A stretch of 63,985 nt of DNA, filler included, from Piptocephalis cylindrospora (taxonomy: Eukaryota): assembly GCA_003614145.1 (NCBI GenBank). It is 4 parts of 4 records of this genome, joined end to end, with 100 filler letters (N's around TTAATTAATTAA, not from the genome) between each part and the next. Parts side by side here need not be neighbours in the genome. Positions count along the whole stretch, not along the records: positions 34,003 to 50,682 come from KZ987866.1; positions 50,783 to 63,985 come from KZ987946.1; 2 more parts are not named here. One strand, written 5' to 3'. Within the stretch, counting starts at the first letter, position 1; each line of letters begins with the position of its first letter. The translations under genes were made by a program, and so were the position numbers. Positions 41,408 to 52,524 of this stretch are shown here, in pieces. The notes beneath the pieces were generated by a model that worked only from the letters and a program-made list of their open reading frames with translations, was not told the origin of the DNA and did not search any database.

Positions 41408-42229
41408 ATGATGACTGCCTTGACAGATAAAGGGAAGAGGGGAGGAGGGGTAGATTGAGCTGGATTGGACCGAGGGAATCAGAGTGGGGTAGAACATGTC
41501 CCCATGGTCTACATGACGGACTCTTGCGACGAATAAAAAGATGAAGCCAAACCCTCCTCTTTTCCAGGGTCATATCTCCTAAGCGACAGAGGGAGAAGGA
41601 GAAGGAAGAGATGGATCATATATTTCTCCTAATCGCCCAACAGAGAACGAGAGGGAGAGAGATGAATGGGCCCTTCTCCTCCTCTTCCACATTCCAAGAC
41701 AGCAAGGATGATTAAGTTTAGAAAATTGGCGCAGTTCATCCAGGATTCATTTTCACCCCCCTTTCTATGACACCTCTTATCTGGATGAGGTGTCTCTTCT
41801 CACGAACGCGGATAGACACCGAGAAAGACGGAGGAAATCGGGAAATGCCCTTGAACCAATCCCCGATCTTATCTCCCCTGTATGACGTCATAGCACAAGG
41901 AAAAAAAGCCAACAGGAGGATCCAAACCTGTGTGGCTGGTGGGATGTATCGGGGCTGTCATTCGAGTGTGCAATCACATCACCTTCCAGACTTGGCGAGG
42001 AGGGAGAGGAGAGAGACAGTGCTGTGTTGCTGTGTTATTGTTGTTGAACATGGAATCCAGTGTGGGGGGAGGATGTGCCTAGGAGAAAGAATCACCACCA
42101 CGCCTCCCTGCACGCTATCCTCTCTCTCCCCCATCATCAGCTTCCACACACACATATTCAGCCCCTGGTTTGAAGAACCCTTGATTGTGGGGGAAAAAGG
42201 GTAGGAGAATGGAAAAAGATCTGTTCTAG

Positions 42230-42302
42230 AGATCCACACGTAATTCAGAGAGAAAAGCTCAGCTTTTATTGTACGGGTCTACAGATCCACACGTAATTCA
42301 GA
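42230..42302. repeat. Perfect 20-bp direct repeat AGATCCACACGTAATTCAGA x2
   Basis: Copies at 42230-42249 and 42283-42302 with a 33-bp spacer. Confidence 0.9.
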
Positions 42303-42948
42303 TATAGAGATCTAAAGATGTTATCTGCTCTTGTCATTCACACTCTAACTGTATACACTATATCGCTGTTTACTACTACTACTACTACTAACTACTATAC
42401 ACACTGTCCCTCCCCAGGCTGAGTTAGTGTGTGGGACATGAGAGGAGATGGAAGGATTCCACGGGAACATCCTTTTCTCTCTCACAACAATAGCTCTCTC
42501 CCTCCCTCTCATGGTCATACACTGAGAACAATGAACCTGGGTCATGTTGTGTCTGGAAGAGTTCTTCTATTTGGTCAACCTATTTCAAGAAAAAGGATCA
42601 TCCTGATACGAAAAGGAGAGACTCTCGATGACAGAGACGACAGGCTGGGCTGTGGGAGGACTGCGTCTATTCATTGACCAAACAGAGTAGTTTGTGCAAC
42701 AACAGATCCCCCATTGTCCAATGAGCACGCACGATCCCTGGTCCTTTCCCCCCATCCTTCCCTCCCCTCCGACCAGTAGGGAGCGTCGTGCTCCTTCTCC
42801 CCAGCTCCTGTCGATTGAATAGATGAGGAGACTGTAAAGTAGATGACAAAGGTCGATGGTCTCATTCTTTTATCCCAGCCCATTGTGCTGCCTTTGCCTA
42901 AAGCTATGGCTTTCTGCCCCGCTCTTTTGGATATCATGAAGCGGACGA

Positions 42949-42950
<2 letters not shown>

Positions 42951-42986
<36 letters not shown>
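42951..42986. repeat. (CA)18 microsatellite
   Basis: Perfect CA run. Confidence 0.9.
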
Positions 42987-42988
<2 letters not shown>

Positions 42989-43316
42989 GAGAGAGAGAGA
43001 TGCACACACATACACACAGAGAAAAGGCACACAAATAACCCTCCTCTCACCCACCCTGCCCAGCTTGACCTCCCCCCTCTCCTCTCCCCACATCGGACGG
43101 TTCCAAGACACAGACATAGAGATGAAGAGATCTTACAGGTGAAGAAGGAACCATCGCTCACCACACATCTCCTTCAGTTCCACTTTTTCCCCACCCTCTC
43201 TTCTTTCCTTCCTCTTCCTCTTCCTCCTCCTCGCTTCATCCTTTTTCTCTCCTTTCCTCCGCATCTTCTTGTTCGTTCACACACAGTTCCTCGTTCGTGC
43301 ATGCCCTTGATCCACC

Positions 43317-46029
43317 ATGTCCTCCATCCAATACGTCGAGCCTGAACAGCCTCCAGAGACCAATCCTCCCTCCCCCACCTCCCCATCCATCCCAAGTACT
43401 CCCGATGGCTCTGGGAAACATGCAGTCCCCGAGTACGACGATCATCATCACTCGGCAGGCCAGGGTAAGCGTCGGAAGATCAATCTAGCCTGTGAATCAT
43501 GCCGTCGCCGTAAGGTGAGGTGTGATTCCGTCAGGCCCTCCTGCACCGGCTGTCTCGATCATGGCCTTGCCTGCGTCTACCCCACCGAATCCAAAAAACG
43601 GGGTCCACGTCAGGGCTACCTCGGTAGGCTGGAGGCTCGGCTCGAAGAAATGGAAAATACCCTAAGAGGCATGACCGCTGCCCCCGGCAACAGTCCCATG
43701 GAGATGTCCGGTCACTCCGAACCCCGTGTCTTTGCTCTCATCGAACATATGCCCGCAACCTCCTCCTCCACCCCCCTCCCTAAGGAAATCCTCCCAGAGG
43801 ATGCTAGCTCAAACGGTCTGCCCCCCCTCGACATGACCCTCTCCCTTCTCGACACCTATTTTGAGACCTGTCAGCCCCTCGACTTTATCCATCGCTCCTC
43901 CACCCTCAAGGCCGTCCGTGAAGGTCATCTCAGCCCAGGTCTCCTCTTTTCCCTTCTTGCCGTCGCCGTCCGTCGCTCCGACCTCACTAATCAAGCCGGT
44001 GCCGCCGATCACTTTGCCGATCGTGCCCGTAGCTACATTGACTGTAGCGTCGCTTCCCTTGACACCATCCGTGCCCTCATGAACCTCACCTTTCATGAAA
44101 TCTCCAAAGCCGGAGTCCGTCAAGCCTGGCTCTACGAGGGCATTGCCATTCGGTAGGTCCTCTTTCTTGCTCTCTTTCTTTTCCTTCTTCTCTCTCCACT
44201 CACCCTCCTCCCCCCTCAGAATGGCCCAGGACCTCGGACTACATCGTCTAGACGACGTTAATCATCCAGAGGTTCATAATCGCGCCGCTGCTTGGGCTTC
44301 TCTGGAGAGCCGTAGGCGTCTCTGGTGGGTTTGCTTCCTTTTCGATCGATTTGCCGGCGCTGCCTCTGGCAGGCCATTGGCCGCCGATGATCGGGATTGT
44401 CAGGTGCGTCTTCCGGGCGACGAACGCGCCTGGAGGGAGGACCGTGCCAGTGGATACATGGCCCCCATGTTTGATCCCGAGGAATTGGATGGCTACGTCA
44501 GCGCCGATGCCCAGAGGCCCCAAGCCGCCCCCGATTCCCTCTTCGCCAGTCTCGTCCGGCTGGCCGCCATCGTCGGCCGTATCGGTCGGTACATCGGCCG
44601 TCCCCGTCCCCGTCATAAGCCCGCCGCATCCAGCCCCGCCAGTGAGTTTCGTACCCTAGATGCTGCTTTAGTCAGTTGGCACGCCGGCCTCCCCCCCGAC
44701 CATGCCGATCCCATGCGGTCCATGGTTGTTAACCTCGAACCCGGATCCGTCCTCCTCCACGTCTACTACCACGCCGCTGTCATCCTCTTGCATCGCTCCA
44801 ACCTTCAGGCTCAGCCCGGCGTGGGTAGGTTCCGTGCCCGTACCGTCTTTGCCAACTCCTCCCTCACTCGCGTCAAGGAGGCCGCTACCATGGTCTCCAA
44901 CCTGGCTGAACGCCTCACCACCCCCGAACAAACCCCCATGCCCATTGTCTCCTTTAGCTTCTTCACCGCCGCCACCGTCCATCTTGATACTCTCTTCTCC
45001 GATGACCCCACCATCGGCGAGGAGGAAAGGTCCATGGCCCGTACCGCTTTTGACCGTGCTCGTGATATGGTCGGTAAGTGTGCTCGCTTTTGGGGCATGG
45101 CCGTCAGGCATCTCGCTGTCCTCGATGAGATCGTCGCCGCTCGTCAGGCCCAGGAAGCCGTCAAGGAAAAGGTCCTTCGTGGCGTCAAGGAGGGTCAAGG
45201 TGTTCCTTCCTCTTCCTCCTCCTCCTCCTCCCGGCTTGGTAAACCCCTGGGGTCCGCGGGGAGGAACTCCCTATCATCAGGTTCTTTGGACTCTTTAATC
45301 CATCATCCCTCCTCTACCCTTCCTCCCTCCTCCTCCTCCGCTTCCGCTTCTGCCTCCCCATCCTTTTCTGCAAAGTTGACCCGATCCCCTACCTCATCCA
45401 TATCCCCCTCCACTTCCCCTGCTACCATCCTCTCCTCCCCTTCCTCCTCTTCTTCTTCTTCCTCCTCCTCCTCCCAGGCCATTACCTCCTCTGCGACCAC
45501 GGGTCCTCCCCAGAGAGTCGAGTCTCGCCCTGTCGTTACCGATACACCCTGGTCCCAGGAACCCAGTATGCAATTTCCCTCGGCAGGCGCCTATGTCCTC
45601 CAAGGTCAAGAAATCCGTTTGAGTATGGGTTCCGAGGAAATTGGCTCTGAGCCCCAGGTCGTCACCCTCAGTCTCCGCGAAGACCTCCCCATCCCCACCC
45701 TTCCCCCTTCCTCCATCTCCACCCTGACCTCTGCTTCAATCCCTCCAAAGCCCTCCTCCAATGCCCTATCCATGGGTCCGGGCCCCCTCCCGGGCCCCAC
45801 CATGGCCCAGTCCATGACCTCCTCCTCCCTTTCTCCCCCCATCACCTCCTCCCAAACCCCCGACTTTATGTCTCTCCTCCCTTACTCTTCCCTTCAGATC
45901 CCAACCACTCAACCCGTCCAACTCCCTCCATCCATTCATGATGGTGGATTTGGCTTTGATCTTCAACAAGCCCTGAATGATCTGGCCGGCTATGTTGATC
46001 CCTCCCTCTTTAATCCTCCAGCAAATTAA
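43317..46029 (+). CDS. Zn(II)2Cys6 transcription factor with fungal TF middle homology region
   Basis: ACESCRRRKVRCDSVRPSCTGCLDHGLACVY; RMAQDLGLH..ESRRRLWWVCFLFDR; intron 44153-44219; Ser-rich tail. Confidence 0.95.
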
Positions 46030-46302
46030 CTTGATTTAGTCGTTTCCCCGTGAGAGGGAGAAGGGGTTTCTTCCTCATCCTCCTAGTCGTTGTCGTAGAA
46101 AGAGAGAAGGGGCCGATGGGCATCGCCACGCAAAGCGACGTTGTACACCAACCCCCCAATTGAATGCATACACGTTTTTCCTTTTTGTCTCTTGATCTCT
46201 CCTCGAACCCACCCCCCCACATACAGACAAATGTAGCACATATACATCAAACATGAAGATGGATAATCAAAGGGAAGTAACAAAATACATCACACATTTC
46301 TC

Positions 46303-48513
46303 CTAAAACAGATCAGGGGGTAATCGGAGTAGAGCATGCAGATAATCCAGCTGCGATCCCCGATCAAAAAATGGCTCCTGTCCCTCCTCCCACAGGACCT
46401 CTCCGTGCATGTCATTGAGGACAGCAACGTTCTGGGGGGTGAGGCACAAAGGCAACAGCGCATCCATCTCTCCCCACGCATCCACTCCTAGGGGTATGGG
46501 AAACGTGAAGGGGCCGGAGGAGGGCAGGGAGGATGAGAGACGCACTTCGAGGCCCGCGAGGAGCTCCGCGTGGAATCGGGAAGGTGGAGACCGACGCGCC
46601 GCCTGGGCAATCACACGACGACATGTGACAAAAGCCGCGTATGCTTCGTGCTTCTCCGATGATGGAGTGGATGGGGAAAGTAGGGTGTCCGAGTGGATGA
46701 CTGCAGCAAAGTAGGAAAGGTTGGAAAGGAAGGGCCAGGGCCTCGTAAAACCGGCATGCTCAGAGCATGGAACGTTGACCTTGGGAAAGGTTAAGGGGAA
46801 GGGCACGAGGGAAGGGAGGGAGAGGAGGGAAGTAAGAGTGTGAGCGGACCTACGGACCATCCGCAGGGATCGATGTTCCGATGGAGTGGTCACGCGTAGA
46901 GGGTCGGGTCTTCGACGGTGTAGTCGAGTCCGGTGTAGGATGAGAATGGAGAGGTGTAGAAGGCCCAAAGGGTACACGGGAGGGAAGGTAGTGGGTCCTT
47001 GTGTGGTAAAGGCATCCTCGGGAAGCGAATAGACCCACCGAGCCAAGGATGCATGAAGTATGGCAAACTCCGAGTGGGGAAGGTCCGGGGGGGTCACCCT
47101 ACGACCTCCGTACACTTGACGGGCGTAAACGCCAATGCGATTACCAATAATAGCTAGACGGGAATGGAAGGCAAAAGCTGACTCTCCATGCTGAGGTTCA
47201 TCCTCTTGCGGGGCCTCATCTTCCTCCCCCATATCTGGGAGCTCTAAGGGCGGGGAGGGAGGGGACAAGGGCATGGGATGGTCCGTCTCATCCTGGCTGT
47301 CCGGGGCCAGGAGAGGGATGATAGATGGGTTTACCGGATCTTCCGACCAGCCTGCATTCATCCCAAACCCTCCTCCCTCCCCATTTGGATGCATAAAGGA
47401 GCTTTTTGTCCCTCTCCCTGTTGATTCGGACATGCTCATTAGAGTTTCCATGTCTGATGTGGTGAAATCAGGTAAAAATTCAGAGTGTACATGCACTCTC
47501 GGGGGTCGAGTCCAAATGGGCCGGGGATTTCGGAGATGGGCTTCCTCCAGGGCGTTCGGATCGTACATAGCCCCGAGGGTAGGATAGGGGCTCCCAGTCA
47601 TCCAAGTCTCATCATCCCCTGGAAGACGAATGAGAAGGTCCCGATCATCCACGGCCTGAGGTCGGGTAGACAGAAGGCTGGAAAAAGCTTCAATATTAAA
47701 GACCGACCACCAAAGTCGGCGAAGGGACTCGGCTTCGAGACTCGTGGGATCCACATACGCATCCCGATCCCCGCACCCACCCGGACACAGACGGGAGACA
47801 GGGCTACCATCAATGCGATGGATATTGGAGTTGATGCATGCCCGGACCGCCATCCCCTTGAACATCCACGCTGAGGTAAACTGTCCCGGATTGCATGATG
47901 CCATGAAGAGGAGGGAAACTCGTGCAAGTAGGTGTCCCTCATCCTGAGCATTACCCAAAAACTTCTCTGTCCGTTCCATGCAATTTTGAACAATGCGTCG
48001 TTCCCGATCATCTTTTGCCCGATGCGGAAGGATGAGTCCGGTAAAAGCATCGATTAGAACATCTGAGCAAGTTCCTGCAATGATCTCCGATCGAAATCGT
48101 CCCAGGTGCATAGGGTAAAAGACATTAGGAAGGTCCGGGGGTAAAGAGTCGATGAGTTCAAGCAATCGGGCCGTCGAGACCCCATCTTCTCCTGGTAGAG
48201 TACCTGGGTCCTCGAATCTAGTACAGGCCAGACTAGAGGTCAAGGATCTCGATCGTGCCTGTATCATCCGCTCTACCTCGTAGATTCGCGCTTCCAGCTG
48301 GGCAGCCTTCCCAGGTCGTGGCCCTCGTTTCTGCACGTGCGTCGGGTAAATGCACGCTGCGTTGGCCAGGATACACTTGTCACACGTTGGGCGGCTATGG
48401 CTACACTTTTGCTTCCTCCTCCTGCACCTCTCACATGCCACAAGAGGTCCTGCACGGATGGTGGTGATGATGGCGGTCTCGTCGGATGCCGACTCCAGAG
48501 AGGAGGTGGTCAT
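46303..48513 (-). CDS. Zn(II)2Cys6 transcription factor, paralog of the neighbouring gene
   Basis: ACERCRRRKQKCSHSRPTCDKCILANAACIY; ESLRRLWWSVFNIE..IRLPGDD; intronless 736 aa. Confidence 0.93.
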   Translation of the reverse strand: MTTSSLESASDETAIITTIRAGPLVACERCRRRKQKCSHSRPTCDKCILANAACIYPTHVQKRGPRPGKAAQLEARIYEVERMIQARSRSLTSSLACTRFEDPGTLPGEDGVSTARLLELIDSLPPDLPNVFYPMHLGRFRSEIIAGTCSDVLIDAFTGLILPHRAKDDRERRIVQNCMERTEKFLGNAQDEGHLLARVSLLFMASCNPGQFTSAWMFKGMAVRACINSNIHRIDGSPVSRLCPGGCGDRDAYVDPTSLEAESLRRLWWSVFNIEAFSSLLSTRPQAVDDRDLLIRLPGDDETWMTGSPYPTLGAMYDPNALEEAHLRNPRPIWTRPPRVHVHSEFLPDFTTSDMETLMSMSESTGRGTKSSFMHPNGEGGGFGMNAGWSEDPVNPSIIPLLAPDSQDETDHPMPLSPPSPPLELPDMGEEDEAPQEDEPQHGESAFAFHSRLAIIGNRIGVYARQVYGGRRVTPPDLPHSEFAILHASLARWVYSLPEDAFTTQGPTTFPPVYPLGLLHLSILILHRTRLHRRRPDPLRVTTPSEHRSLRMVRRSAHTLTSLLSLPSLVPFPLTFPKVNVPCSEHAGFTRPWPFLSNLSYFAAVIHSDTLLSPSTPSSEKHEAYAAFVTCRRVIAQAARRSPPSRFHAELLAGLEVRLSSSLPSSGPFTFPIPLGVDAWGEMDALLPLCLTPQNVAVLNDMHGEVLWEEGQEPFFDRGSQLDYLHALLRLPPDLF

Positions 48514-50222
48514 AGTGTCTGAAGGGAGGGCGCAAGGGGATGTAATGAGGAGCTGGACCAGAAATGAGAAGTAGAAGAGGAAGGATCGTGCAAAAGGTCA
48601 GTGAAGACGGTGCTATCGGGTCAAGGAAGAAAGGAAAAGATGGACGTTTGGGAAAAGATTGTATGGGGAGGGACATCAGCTGCAATCCTCATGATACCCT
48701 TTTTGTGGCACCTAAGATGGGGGAGGACATGACAACCAATATCTGATAAAGGCTGTGGTGTGATGAGTGTGAGTGGTGGGATGTGTAGGTGTGGGAGTGT
48801 GCTGTTGGAGGATCTCCACATAATATTGAGCATGAAAACCGAGTAGAATAGGGCTTATTGGCCTATTTTTAGTGAAAGTCGAATAAGCAATTGTGTTGAA
48901 AATGTGTCAATTTCACCAAAAAAATGCCAAGGACGATACGCTGTGCTATCATGAGAAGAACAACAAGGCTTGGCTGAGATTCCTTGTAAAAGGCTTGGAA
49001 AGCATCAGCGGTAAAAATTTTTAGGGATCATCGATGGAATAAGGGAACATTGGATGGAGAAAGGAGGGCTGGAGTATTTGTCCTGTGGAAGTAAAGCATG
49101 GATCCAGATGAGGATAGATACAAGTAAATGCGCCAAGTCCTTCTTCTTGATGGGGATACGCCGTTGAGATGGTGATTAAAAAGGCAACAAGGTTTTACCA
49201 ATAACGATACTGAGGGTCTACGGGCGAGTTCGTGTCGCGCCCCGGAAAAGAATCCTGTTTTAAAACGTAATAATATTCAATACAATTCGGATCAATTCGG
49301 GTGCCCTAGGCTGATGTTTCCGATGTGTTACAAGGATCTGCTCCGCCCCTTCAAGGATACTTCTTCATCTTCCCCACCCCTTTCCATAACCAAGGCTGAG
49401 TCAGGAGGAAATGGAGTGAAGGCTTAAAGAACGAGGTATGACAAAGCCCAACAAAGCCTGACTTGGACTTACATCACCCTTACGAATACTGATATCCCTT
49501 CAAGCTGACTCCTCCACTGCGCTACGTTTGAATGTTCCCACCACACTACCTTCTTTTTCATTCGATTAAAACCCCTGAAGCGGAGTATTCAAACTCTACT
49601 TGACCCGAGAATAGGCTGTCGATTAGGTCATTTGTTGCCAAGAATACCTCTCGTCCCACTAGGCGTCCTATTGTCGCATACCCGTGCTCCTGGTGGTGAG
49701 AATGGTATAGGTAATTTATATCTGATCTCCCCCTCCCATGCCAGATCAGGATATGCTTCAAAGCCCGGTGCTCACTCGTGCCCATTTGACCCTTCATCCC
49801 GTACTAGCTACAGCGCGCGCGCACACCTTAATCGGCTCACTGCCTCACCACGCCATACCATCGTATCCAGTGATAACTCCCTCCCTATCAAAGGAAGCTC
49901 TCACACACACTGCACGAGGGCCACGCATAATCAACCACGATAAACCTGTCAGTTGTCCCACCCAGTAACAATTATCTATCCACTCATTCATCCCATCTGC
50001 AGTCATTTCCCGCTTTGTTCCATTCATCCCCGCCACCACCCATCTTTTTTTCACTCACCCTTTAATGATACCCCCCCATTCATTAATGTGAACGCCGGAC
50101 CAAGTAACTACAGTAGTACCATTGGTCATGCCCGCTCCGGTGGGGTTACACACGCACATCTGCACCCACGCCAGAATCATCCGCCAGTGAACGACTGAGT
50201 GCAAGTAATACCGAGGAAGAGG

Positions 50223-50435
50223 ATGAATAGGTCAGCATCCTATCTTCCTCATATCCACCCTCCTTCCTCACTACTTTTCCCTCACTCCCAGTCACTGCAG
50301 TCAGCACTTTGGCACGACAAGAAGACCCATTTCTCTCTCCGGTCCTGGTTCTCCCGAGTATCTTTTGACGACTTTATCCTTGTCTCGCTAACTCCGAGGA
50401 CGAGCTGCTCCGCACGTCTTCGGGTTTGTCTTTAA
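50223..50435 (+). CDS. Candidate small ORF/uORF peptide (70 aa)
   Basis: ATG 50223 to TAA 50435; C-terminal FSLRSWFSRVSFDDFILVSLTPRTSCSARLRVCL is protein-like amid low-complexity flanks. Confidence 0.4.
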   Translation: MNRSASYLPHIHPPSSLLFPHSQSLQSALWHDKKTHFSLRSWFSRVSFDDFILVSLTPRTSCSARLRVCL

Positions 50436-50682
50436 GTAGCCGTCGGCACGAGGTTCTTTTCCTCCACTCTCCTCCAACTTGGTCTACCTCAAACACTACC
50501 TCCTCTTGCCTCTTTATTCTTGGTCAGCAGGCTCCTCCCCCCCCCCCCCCTTCTCCCACAACGCCCCCCCTCCACGTCCCATTCTCGCCTCAAATCCCCA
50601 TTATCCAAGCAAGCCCCCTTCTCAACCCCACTTGCGCTTCCTTGGACCAGGCCAGATCAGTCCAGGCTCCCCACGAGGTTCA

Positions 50683-50782
50683 NNNNNNNNNNNNNNNNNN
50701 NNNNNNNNNNNNNNNNNNNNNNNNNNTTAATTAATTAANNNNNNNNNNNNNNNNNNNNNNNNNNNNNNNNNNNNNNNNNNNN
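50683..50782. other. Artificial scaffold linker
   Basis: 44N-TTAATTAATTAA-44N. Confidence 0.97.
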
Positions 50783-50866
50783 CCCCCCCCTCCTCCCACC
50801 CATGATCAGTCCTCAGCCCCTGCCAACATCCACTCCCCTCCCTCCCCACAGACCGATCCACGGTAT

Positions 50867-51166
50867 ATGGAACTGGTCAGTCTTCCTGATCACCTTGGAT
50901 CCATGGTATGTACGCTAGAAGGAAAGATCCTGGCGAAACGAGACCAGATGGAGGGGGAGGAGACAGCCCGGGCCGCATTTCTCCTCATGAGGGATGCGGC
51001 CAGACTAGCGGAGCTCGAGACCGACTCCTCATCCCCCAAAGCCCCCGGAGCACCTATCGCCACCCTGGAATCCTTGACCGTCCTAGGTCCCGATGGGTGT
51101 GTGTATGCGGGTACGGTGAGTGAGGAGCGAGTGTATGTTGTAAAGCGACGCCGGTCCAGTTCATGA
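50867..51166 (+). CDS. LAMTOR4: Ragulator subunit LAMTOR4-like roadblock protein
   Basis: LPDHLGSMVCTLEGKILA..GEETAR..LTV..TVSEERVYVVKRR parallels human LAMTOR4 IPDQLGYLVLSEGAVLA..NDEQAA..LSV..TVSGQRVFVVKRQ; 99 aa. Confidence 0.75.
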   Translation: MELVSLPDHLGSMVCTLEGKILAKRDQMEGEETARAAFLLMRDAARLAELETDSSSPKAPGAPIATLESLTVLGPDGCVYAGTVSEERVYVVKRRRSSS

Positions 51167-51306
51167 GATGAGAGAATGCTCCCCCTTTGAATCACATTTC
51201 CCAAGGTATCCCATGTCATCATCATTGTAAACAACCATATCATGCTGTATATATCCTAGGAAATACATCATGTTTATGCCCCTCCGCCATATCTCCTATC
51301 GGCACT

Positions 51307-52022
51307 TTACAATAATGATTTAAGGGCGTCCAGCTGATCCAGGACATCTCTGGTCCGATCATCCATCCCCTCTTCCTGTTCCTTGGCCCTGTCCCGGGCA
51401 GATTCTTTGAGTGTCTTGGTTAATCTGCTCACAAGTACCTCAAAAAGAATGAGGGGGTGAGAGATCATGAATGAGTGGAGGCAGCACACACCTCACAAAA
51501 TGGACAGCAGCAATACATACCGTCGAATGTCTCCGAGAAGTTCTTGACAGGCTTGATCATGCCCTGCCACCTCATCTTCTCGAGATTCCTCTAGCCTTCG
51601 TAGCATCTTCAATGCTTCGGTAAAGTGAACCAAAGATGTGGTGGTGGATTGAGGAAGAGGAGCATCCAGGGAAGCCAGATGCCGTGCGTTTCCCTCCTGC
51701 TCTTCTGTCTCAGCAGATCCACGAGACGAGGGAGGTCTAGGCTGGGAAGCAAGGGCCAATTCAAGTTCCAAGTTCCTTCCCACCCTCTGCTTCACCTGTC
51801 TCCTATGACTTGTATACTGTGTGTAGAGCTGTCTCACCGAGGGATGATCCCTAGCAAAAGAGGGTCATGTCAGTGAGGAAGGCGTGACCCTCGAGGAGAA
51901 AAAGTAGCTTACCGATAGGCTTGAGGAAAATAGCCTTGAAAGGTATCATATGGGACACTATCGTACAGGCCTCCCCCTAGAAGGTACGAACCAAGAATAT
52001 CCTCGACGGTAGCTTTGGGCAT
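51307..52022 (-). CDS. Inner kinetochore Cnl2/Nkp2-family protein
   Basis: TVEDILGSYLLGGG..VPYDTFQGYFP..|HPSVRQLY..VGRNLELE matches the recalled Cnl2/Nkp2 N-terminus; three exons. Confidence 0.65.
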
Positions 52023-52524
52023 GACGAGAAAGACAGGGTCTAGTAGAGAGTGGCGTGTGTTACTATTGTTGTTATCGTAGGAGTGAACGAAGGTGGACAA
52101 GGGAGGACGCGTAGAGTTTATGACAGTGAGGGATGGGGGGGGACACGAACGTGAGATCTCCGAGGCAATCACCTATAAAAGCGCGTGAGGTGGAGACCAT
52201 GGAAAGACTCCACATCGTCCTGCAAAGGCTATACACGCCCTTGCCCAAGGAAGATAGGAGTCTATACATTTAGAATTATAATCCCTTTTTCCTAGGCTCA
52301 CCGGTAAGGAGAAGGAACCAATGATGGGAAAACTATTGATCTATTCAAAGGATACCACTAGCATAGACCATCATGTGTCTCAGGGAAATGGAATGCATGA
52401 AGGATATAAAAGCGCTAGGATATCATCCACTCCCCATTCACCCCATCTCTCAACACCATCACACCCCGCTCCTAGCTACCTCTACCTCCCAGCGCCACTA
52501 CCCCTCTAGGTATCCGTCTTCCAT

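Noticed and set aside
42230..42302. CRISPR-like repeat-spacer-repeat
   Set aside because: Only two units, a eukaryotic context and no cas genes.
38299..48513. GST + chitinase + two TFs as a secondary-metabolite cluster
   Set aside because: No PKS, NRPS, terpene synthase or tailoring enzyme set is present.
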